This document shows positions 57,491 to 64,000 of a DNA stretch of 64,000 bases, one piece after another (the first letter of the stretch is position 1; each line of letters begins with the position of its first letter). The notes under the pieces are model-generated. The model did not search any database and had not been told where the DNA came from. It saw only the letters and a list, made by a program, of their open reading frames with translations. The stretch lies in the NCBI GenBank assembly GCA_018649885.1, contig JABIHA010000126.1, positions 1 through 64,000 on the forward strand, written 5' to 3'. This DNA comes from Bacteriovoracaceae bacterium. Lineage in GTDB: Bacteria; Bdellovibrionota; Bacteriovoracia; Bacteriovoracales; Bacteriovoracaceae. The translations under genes were made by a program, and so were the position numbers.

Positions 57491-58297
57491 ATGGAACTAT
57501 ACAAATACCGTAACTATAAGAAATTCTTGAATAATTACATAGAAAACCTACCTAAAAAAGGAAGGGGGCAGTACTTAAAAATATCTGAATTTTTGGGTGT
57601 ACATCCCACAATGGTCTCTCAAGTCTTAAAAGGGCCTAAAAATTTCTCGGAAGAGCAGGCCTATAAAGTCTGCGAATATCTGGGCCTCAACTTATCTGAG
57701 ACTGATTACTTTATGAACCTTTTACACCTTGAAAAGGCCGGCACCATGGCCTTAGAAGATTTTTATGTGAGAAAGCTCGATATTCTCAAATCAAAGGCGC
57801 TAAAGGTATCGTCGAGAATCAAGGCCTCAAAGGGATTAACAGAAAAGGATTCTTCAATTTTTTACTCCGATTGGAAATATTCTGCCATTAGACTTTTGAC
57901 ATCATTAGAACAGCTTAACACCCCTGAGGAAATCGCAGAGCGCACAAAGCTACCTTTAAGAGATGTAAAAAAAGTTTTAGATTTTCTGCTGCAAGTAGGA
58001 CTAGTCAAATCAGAAGACAAGTCCCTCGATATCGGTGTTACAAAAACACACCTAAAGGCGGGCTCGCCTTTTGTTAAGGCCCATCATACAAACTGGAGAT
58101 TAAAGGCCATTGAAAAAAGCTCTAGCTTAAGCTCTGAAGAACTCCAATTTACTGGGCCACTCACAATTTCCAAAAAAGATTTTGAGACGATCAAAATTAA
58201 AATTCTCGATTTGATAGAAGAAATTGGAGAAATTGTTGAAGATAGTCCTGCTGAACAGCTCAGTTGCCTCAATATTGATTTTATAAATATTACCTAA
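57491..58297 (+). CDS. TIGR02147 / DUF4423 family HTH protein
   Basis: Y.NYK.FL, KKGRGQ, VSQVLKG, FYSDWKYSAIR, HHTNWR.KA, CLNIDF. Confidence 0.88.
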   Translation: MELYKYRNYKKFLNNYIENLPKKGRGQYLKISEFLGVHPTMVSQVLKGPKNFSEEQAYKVCEYLGLNLSETDYFMNLLHLEKAGTMALEDFYVRKLDILKSKALKVSSRIKASKGLTEKDSSIFYSDWKYSAIRLLTSLEQLNTPEEIAERTKLPLRDVKKVLDFLLQVGLVKSEDKSLDIGVTKTHLKAGSPFVKAHHTNWRLKAIEKSSSLSSEELQFTGPLTISKKDFETIKIKILDLIEEIGEIVEDSPAEQLSCLNIDFINIT

Positions 58298-58304
58298 AAT
58301 GAGA

Positions 58305-58332
58305 AGAGGCGGAAGTTTACACTTCCACCTCT
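58305..58332. terminator. Stem-loop between convergent genes
   Basis: AGAGGCGGAAGT-ttac-ACTTCCACCTCT. Confidence 0.6.
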
Positions 58333-58362
58333 AGGGTCATTTGGGGTTTAAACGCTACTCTC

Positions 58363-59229
58363 TTAACGAGTGAAGCGATTAAGCTTAGGCTTTCTAGGTT
58401 TTATAGGTCTTGAACTTGGACGTCTTCTCGGTGGTGTACGTGGGTTATGTGGTTTAGCATGTGGCCTACGAGGCTTAACATGTGGGTTTCTAGGTTTTTT
58501 GTGCTGACATTTTTCCCACATTAGGTGGTAAGTAATGTCTTCACTTGATTGGCCATCAATAGAATCCATCGTGGCCATTGTATCGTCTTGATTCATATTA
58601 GTTCTGGCCATAAGTCTTGTTTGTATATTGAGTACTGTATTTGATCCACACTTTGACCAGTTAAGCCTGCCTTTAAGGCTGGCAGTCAAAACATATTCAC
58701 CATCTACAGGTCCTACAAACTCTTCTTTTCTAACAACTTCATTCGAAATCTGTTTTCCATGTGAGTCTGTAAAAAAGTATCTGGCACTTAGCTTACCCAT
58801 GGCCCCTGCAGGAATATAAGTAAAGCCTCTATAGTCTATATTAACAACGGCAACTCTGTGACCTGGAGGAATTGATACAGGAATTTTTATGCGACAATTC
58901 TTCTTATCAGAGTTTTTTCCATTCATAGCACCGGCTTCAACCATGTACTCATCAAATAAAATGGCCAAGGTTCTCTTGTCATCAGTAAGTGACACATCAG
59001 TTGTTCCGCTTGGGCAGCCTGTGCCACTAACTTGCGGCCTGGAAACTCGCATATCTCTATGTTTTATTGATCGGTGGTTACCGATTTGGATTTTTGTTCT
59101 TCTATGAAGATCTCTTCTTTTCATTTTTTTAAACTTAGCTTCGTGTGTGCTGAAGTTTTGTGCAAATGCAGTTGAAGTTATCAGTGCAGCTATCGTAATT
59201 TTGATTGAATTTTTGATTGAATTTTTCAT
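58363..59229 (-). CDS. DUF4360 domain secreted protein with basic Pro/Arg tail
   Basis: SGTGCPSGT, ILFDEY, KKNC, IDYRGF, WSKCG, MDSID, WEKC. Confidence 0.88.
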   Translation of the reverse strand: MKNSIKNSIKITIAALITSTAFAQNFSTHEAKFKKMKRRDLHRRTKIQIGNHRSIKHRDMRVSRPQVSGTGCPSGTTDVSLTDDKRTLAILFDEYMVEAGAMNGKNSDKKNCRIKIPVSIPPGHRVAVVNIDYRGFTYIPAGAMGKLSARYFFTDSHGKQISNEVVRKEEFVGPVDGEYVLTASLKGRLNWSKCGSNTVLNIQTRLMARTNMNQDDTMATMDSIDGQSSEDITYHLMWEKCQHKKPRNPHVKPRRPHAKPHNPRTPPRRRPSSRPIKPRKPKLNRFTR

Positions 59230-59310
59230 TTTTCTTTCCCCAAAGACCTTAAAAAAGTTTTTTAGTGAAGTGGGGAAGCATGTGCCACCCCACTATCAGT
59301 GATTATTGTA

Positions 59311-59931
59311 TTATCTACGACATCTTTTCCATTGTAGTTTGTAGATGATGCCAGCTTGAACATCGATTGAATCAACAGTACCAATGGCCTCAACATTTCT
59401 GTTGCGGTTTTTAACCATTAGTGATGTTTTAGCTCTAAGGATTACGTCAGCACCACATCTTGACCAAGCAAGTGCTCCAACAATAAGCCTCGGTGACATA
59501 ACATACTCATCTTCAAATCCACCTCTAAACATTTTGTTTTTTGATGGTCCTCTTTGTCCGGCAAAGAAGTATGAAGTAGAAAGTCTTGCGTATGCTCCTC
59601 TAGGAAGAGATATAAAACCTCTATAATCAACATCGATTAAAGATACAGAAAAACCTTGTGGTACGTGAACTGGAACGGCCACGTTACAACCTTTACGTGT
59701 AATAGTTCTTCCTGTAGATCCACCAGCTTCAGCTACGTAGTCATCAAATAGGATAGAAAGAGTTTTGGCGTCATCACTAAGAACAGCGTCTGCAGTTCCA
59801 GCACGACAACCACTACCAGCTAACCGTGGATTACCAAGTTGAATGTCATTTGGATCGAAAGCATGAGCCGCTGAAAGTGTCCCAAGTGCAAGTACGCCTA
59901 ATCCAAAAAGTTTTTTTAAAGATAATTTCAT
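59311..59931 (-). CDS. DUF4360 domain secreted protein
   Basis: GSGCRAGT, LSILFDDY, RKGC, VDYRGF, WSRCG, VDSID, LQWKRC; SD GGGAGA. Confidence 0.9.
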   Translation of the reverse strand: MKLSLKKLFGLGVLALGTLSAAHAFDPNDIQLGNPRLAGSGCRAGTADAVLSDDAKTLSILFDDYVAEAGGSTGRTITRKGCNVAVPVHVPQGFSVSLIDVDYRGFISLPRGAYARLSTSYFFAGQRGPSKNKMFRGGFEDEYVMSPRLIVGALAWSRCGADVILRAKTSLMVKNRNRNVEAIGTVDSIDVQAGIIYKLQWKRCRR

Positions 59932-60050
59932 TTACTCTCCCTTTGTAAATTCTAGGTTAGGACTCTCACTCCTACCCCATCATTGTTATTAGTTGATGCG
60001 AAAAACTGAAGGCCATTCAATTGGCCCATGTTTTATTTGAGAACTGTAAA

Positions 60051-60066
60051 AGCAATAAAAGTGCCA
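60051..60066 (-). promoter_or_regulatory. Sigma-54 (-24/-12) promoter
   Basis: Minus strand TGGCAC-TTTTA-TTGCT, exact consensus, about 120 bp upstream of the DUF4360 pair. Confidence 0.75.
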
Positions 60067-60312
60067 GGATGAATTTCACAAAAAAATGGGGCTGATGAAA
60101 TTTTTTGATCAAAAGTGGTGAAACTTTGCCACCGAAAATGGGGAAATAGTTGAAAGCACTTTGACACAAGTGCCGATTTTGGGGTCAAAATGTCGCAATT
60201 GTAAGCGATTGTGAGGAATACGTGCCATGCCAAGAGTATTTTGGATGGTTTTTAATGGTTAAAAGTTTTCCGATTCGTGAAATGGTGGATAAAAATTATC
60301 CATTTGAGCCTG

Positions 60313-61779
60313 TTAATTAGAATATTCATCAATATAAGGAGTTAGCCAATTGCCTGATTCAAGGGCCTTTGGATCTAGAGCGTCTCCAAAAAAAAGAAAA
60401 TACGCACTGACCATCTCACTGTAACCCTTATCACCCAGACCCATACCACTTTGATGAAGAACCGCAGAAGCAAGATCTCTGTGAACACTAACTTCACCAA
60501 ACTGGGCCACTCTAGATTTAAAAACCTTATCTGAAAAAAGAGCTTCAAGATCAATATCTAAGTTTAAATCACTTATAAATGCCGATCCATAAGCCTCGAT
60601 AAGCCCAGCTCCCATTTCAGAAGTAGGATCTAAAAATTGAGGAGCTTTGCCATACTCTAGCTCTTCATAAATACCAGTCACAAGTAAACAATTATTGGGA
60701 AGAATGCTCTCTGTACGGGAATTGCTAGTTGCGCTACCACTTTTAAAAGAATCAATTTTCTTAATTTTAGTAATAAGTTCATCACAAGTATTAACAATAT
60801 TGTCAGTAGGAGATCCTAAAGCACCACTAAGTTCAATTTCATCATCGATTGGAGATTTACAGGACTTAAAGTCAAAGTCATTTTTATCACCACGCATTTT
60901 TTGGAATTCATCTATAATAGTCTTCTTTTGATTTAAATTACACTGTTCTAATCTTTTGCATTGATCAGGACTAATCTCCCTACCTGAGTCATCGCTATCA
61001 ACTTTCACCATTCCTGGCATAGCTTCACAACTCACATCAATATACTCTTGATAATCTTTCAATAATTGATTGTAGGTAACTACAGTTTGAGAAGGTAGAA
61101 CTTCATTGGCCTGTAGCTCACCTATATCTTTTGATGAGACCTCTATCGTACTAGTATCACTACCCATAAAATAAGCATTTTCGTTATAGTCTTCACAACT
61201 TTCTGTTTCACTTTCTAAGTCAGTCCAATACTCGTGATAACTTTCACTGGACTCCATTATTAGATCCATCATTTTTTTATTTCCAGATTTTTTAAGCCAG
61301 GCTGAAAATTGCTCTTTCGAGATCCCCAAGGGTATCTCTATATATAGAGGAATAGCTGAGTCTTCACTAACACTGGCTTGCTGACCATCAAGGCCCTCCT
61401 GGTAATGAATAATAGGAGTTGTAATTTCGGGATTGACAACAATTGCTCTAAGATTACTAGATATGATTAATTCCATGAGACCTGAATTAAAAAGCTTTTT
61501 AGAGCTACTTTGAAAATTGGATAGCTGAGTAGCACTTGTAAATCTTAGGTCCCTCGGTACACAGTACCAATACCCAGCACTTGTCTGATAGCAGGGGCTA
61601 TCGTTCACTGTAATGGTTTTTGAAGGATTTGATTTAACTTCAACATAGCTTAATTCGAGGTCTTCTCTAAAGTAGGGTCCTGGACTTATGAGCGTGCCTA
61701 TCTCATAGCCTTCAAATTCAGAGGCGTATCCGCTCAAAATAAAAAGATTGAATCCTATTAATAAGGCCACAAGCCTCAT
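60313..61779 (-). CDS. Secreted acidic Cys-containing hypothetical protein
   Basis: SD GGGGAG, signal ending GYA, D/E-rich. Confidence 0.8.
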   Translation of the reverse strand: MRLVALLIGFNLFILSGYASEFEGYEIGTLISPGPYFREDLELSYVEVKSNPSKTITVNDSPCYQTSAGYWYCVPRDLRFTSATQLSNFQSSSKKLFNSGLMELIISSNLRAIVVNPEITTPIIHYQEGLDGQQASVSEDSAIPLYIEIPLGISKEQFSAWLKKSGNKKMMDLIMESSESYHEYWTDLESETESCEDYNENAYFMGSDTSTIEVSSKDIGELQANEVLPSQTVVTYNQLLKDYQEYIDVSCEAMPGMVKVDSDDSGREISPDQCKRLEQCNLNQKKTIIDEFQKMRGDKNDFDFKSCKSPIDDEIELSGALGSPTDNIVNTCDELITKIKKIDSFKSGSATSNSRTESILPNNCLLVTGIYEELEYGKAPQFLDPTSEMGAGLIEAYGSAFISDLNLDIDLEALFSDKVFKSRVAQFGEVSVHRDLASAVLHQSGMGLGDKGYSEMVSAYFLFFGDALDPKALESGNWLTPYIDEYSN

Positions 61780-62061
61780 ACTCCCCCCAAAGGATATTTA
61801 TTGAATTAATAGGGATAAAAGTGCAAAAGGGCTGCCAAGGTAGCACCCTAAATTAAGGGGGTTAGGGCTTCAATTTTCTAGAAATTGATTACTTATTATT
61901 CATCTGAAGAAATAGGTACAAGAGTACTTATTTAACGACCTACTTTTCACTCAATTAGATTCCTCAACAAATTTTGTAGATTATCCTTAATTATTTCTCC
62001 CACCAAATGATCTCCTACTTCCTTTAAGATTATTAGAGAGAGAAAAAACATCGGAGAAATT

Positions 62062-62550
62062 ATGAACTTTAAACTACTACTGTCTATTTCACTTACTTCA
62101 TTAATACTAACAACCGCAAATGCCAAGGAGCTATCATTTGATCTCGAGAGCCTCTCTGACAAGGTACTAGAGACACAAAATGTGATTAGCACAACTAGTG
62201 ACGAAGAAGTTACTAGTTACGCAGAAGATTCTGAGTACGGAGAAGGTCAATTCCAAGTTAGTGGAGTAACAATAATTTCCATGCGTAAATACCACAAATA
62301 TTCCACACTAAGTCATGAAGTTGAAAACTCAGGAGTCTTTGTTTTTTCAGATGCTAACGGTGAAGCCTATGGAGCCTACTACGGAAAGACTTACTGTCCC
62401 CAAATCAATATTTCAGAACACGATTTAGAATTGTACCGAGATTACTTTTTAAACAAACGTACAATATCGGCCGTCTACCTAATAAAGCCAACAGATAGTT
62501 CCACAAGGAATTGCCTTGCTGGTCATTTTCAATATGCAAGAGATAATTAA
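62062..62550 (+). CDS. Secreted hypothetical protein
   Basis: SD GGAG, signal ending ANA. Confidence 0.75.
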   Translation: MNFKLLLSISLTSLILTTANAKELSFDLESLSDKVLETQNVISTTSDEEVTSYAEDSEYGEGQFQVSGVTIISMRKYHKYSTLSHEVENSGVFVFSDANGEAYGAYYGKTYCPQINISEHDLELYRDYFLNKRTISAVYLIKPTDSSTRNCLAGHFQYARDN

Positions 62551-62633
62551 AATCACTTTATGTGAGCGGCCGGTCAAATAAATTTGGCTGGATAAGAAAA
62601 TGATATTTAAAACACTTAAATAAGGGCAGGGTC

Positions 62634-63254
62634 ATGAAACTTTTCAATCAGTTTGCTATCTTCTTTCTTTTTATTTCTTTTTCTGCATTTGGATTTTCTA
62701 AAGAACAGCAGCTAGCAGACTCTGCAAGTAAATTATCAGAGATTTGGGAAACTAAGAAGAAGGAAGTAGTGACATTGCATGATATTGCCAATGCTGTTCA
62801 ATACTCTCTTTTTGGGGGTAATCAAGAAGAAATGGTTTCAAGGCAAAGAGAGGTCTTAGGTGAACAATACATGGTACTAGTTGAGGATTGGTGGGAAGAT
62901 ATGCATAAGGGAATTTTAAACCGAGAACTCGCAAGTACTTACTATTATCAATGCAGGGAGAATCGGTCGGATTTTAGCAGTATTCAAAAATTTGTAGGCA
63001 AAAAGAATGTTGAGATCTATCACAACAATGAGTATAAAAATCTCCCTCTCCCTTGTAAGAGATATATTACTCATGCAGGGAGAAGCAAGTTGGCATATCA
63101 AAATGCTAGTATTACACATAAGTTAATAAAACAAAGAGAATCCGGCATGGATAAGCTTGATACAATATATTTCTTACAAACTGGTGAGAAAAGAGAGGTG
63201 TCTCTATTTACCGAAGCCAGTAATCGCAGGTTGGATACCTCAAGAACTGAGTAG
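62634..63254 (+). CDS. Secreted hypothetical protein
   Basis: Signal ending SAFG, 206-aa ORF. Confidence 0.72.
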   Translation: MKLFNQFAIFFLFISFSAFGFSKEQQLADSASKLSEIWETKKKEVVTLHDIANAVQYSLFGGNQEEMVSRQREVLGEQYMVLVEDWWEDMHKGILNRELASTYYYQCRENRSDFSSIQKFVGKKNVEIYHNNEYKNLPLPCKRYITHAGRSKLAYQNASITHKLIKQRESGMDKLDTIYFLQTGEKREVSLFTEASNRRLDTSRTE

Positions 63255-63292
63255 GTCAAAAAATGACCTGTGCTAGACTCTAAATCCTGCTC

Positions 63293-63967
63293 CTATTTAG
63301 TCGCAAAGAATTTCGCATAGGTCGGGTCTGTCTGATAGCCATCTTCGGTGGCAATATCTCTGATTCCCGCAATTGTATTTGAAGGCCAAATACTTTGGAA
63401 GATATTGACGATCCACTTGGGAACGGCGCCTTTTGGGTCGGCGTTTATTTCGACCATTATTTCTGTTTTTGTGCCATTTTCTATGGATTTTAGGATGTAT
63501 TCGCTTTCTTTTAAATCCCCACGAACTACACCTTTTGTTACTGGTGCGCTTGGATCAGTGGCCGGTCCCATTTTAATTTTAAAGGTTTTTTTATCAGCTG
63601 ATACCCACCACTTTACGTAATAAACAAAATCTCTATTTTTAAGTGGCCACGGTGTGCTTGTAAGATTGTATTCAATTCGATGGGTTTCAGAGATTTGCTT
63701 TACAATTCTGGTCTCTTTTAAATCGGACATCCACTCTTTAATTCTTTTTTGGTCATTGATAACAGTTAAAACTTTTGCCATTGATGCGTCTATAATTCCA
63801 ATTCCTCTAAAGGCGACAATTTTTGAATTGGGAACATCACCTCTGTAAACTGTGACTTTATTTCTGACCTTGGTTTTCTTCCAAACAGTGCCTGGCATTA
63901 CGGCGTGAGCAGAAGCTAGCCAAGTAGATATTAAAATAGTTGCAAGAATTAAATGTTTCAAAGTCAC
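63293..63967 (-). CDS. Secreted START-domain lipid-binding protein
   Basis: W....V.VY, PWPLKNRDFV, ADPKGAVPKWIVN; start GTG 63967 or TTG 63961. Confidence 0.88.
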   Translation of the reverse strand: MTLKHLILATILISTWLASAHAVMPGTVWKKTKVRNKVTVYRGDVPNSKIVAFRGIGIIDASMAKVLTVINDQKRIKEWMSDLKETRIVKQISETHRIEYNLTSTPWPLKNRDFVYYVKWWVSADKKTFKIKMGPATDPSAPVTKGVVRGDLKESEYILKSIENGTKTEIMVEINADPKGAVPKWIVNIFQSIWPSNTIAGIRDIATEDGYQTDPTYAKFFATK

Positions 63968-64000
63968 CTCACCAATTTAAATTTTCAGCAAAAGCTGTGT

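Noticed and set aside
464..63848. Numerous 60-160 aa ORFs overlapping or antisense to the called genes (e.g. 8895..9353, 17824..18300, 25170..25637, 53721..54158)
   Set aside because: Shadow frames of well-supported CDSs, without recognisable motifs

Overview
AT-rich bacterial chromosomal window. By inference it is from Bdellovibrionota (Bacteriovoracia-like), based on two TIGR02147/DUF4423 regulators, secreted GGxxGG/GNGG proteins, a solo HNH protein and DUF4360 paralogs. The main finding is a five-gene redox locus (14.5-22.6 kb) encoding: a membrane-anchored 2x[4Fe-4S]/FAD-NAD(P)H oxidoreductase; two paralogous lipoprotein cytochromes built from one 43-aa two-heme repeat (5 vs 13 copies; 14 vs 30 CxxCH); a probable outer-membrane beta-barrel; and a 24-heme exported cytochrome. 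That is 68 heme motifs by hand count, consistent with a porin-cytochrome conduit with wires of two lengths and no quinol-oxidising partner in the locus. Also present: a type III PKS-ICMT-ACP-FAAL phenolic-lipid cluster behind a two-component system and an MMPL gene that seems to need a non-canonical start codon; a hemerythrin plus soluble PAS-MCP pair with FNR-like boxes; feoAB; lysA; rsgA; bolA; and tRNA-Arg(TCT) followed by tRNA-derived repeats. Smaller oddities are a 255-bp rod-like palindrome, several secreted pseudo-enzymes and a secreted (IIDVGDLPDG)n protein. No CRISPR array, rRNA, integrase or transposase was seen. Family calls are motif recognition by eye, not database results; several starts were adjusted from the ORF track.
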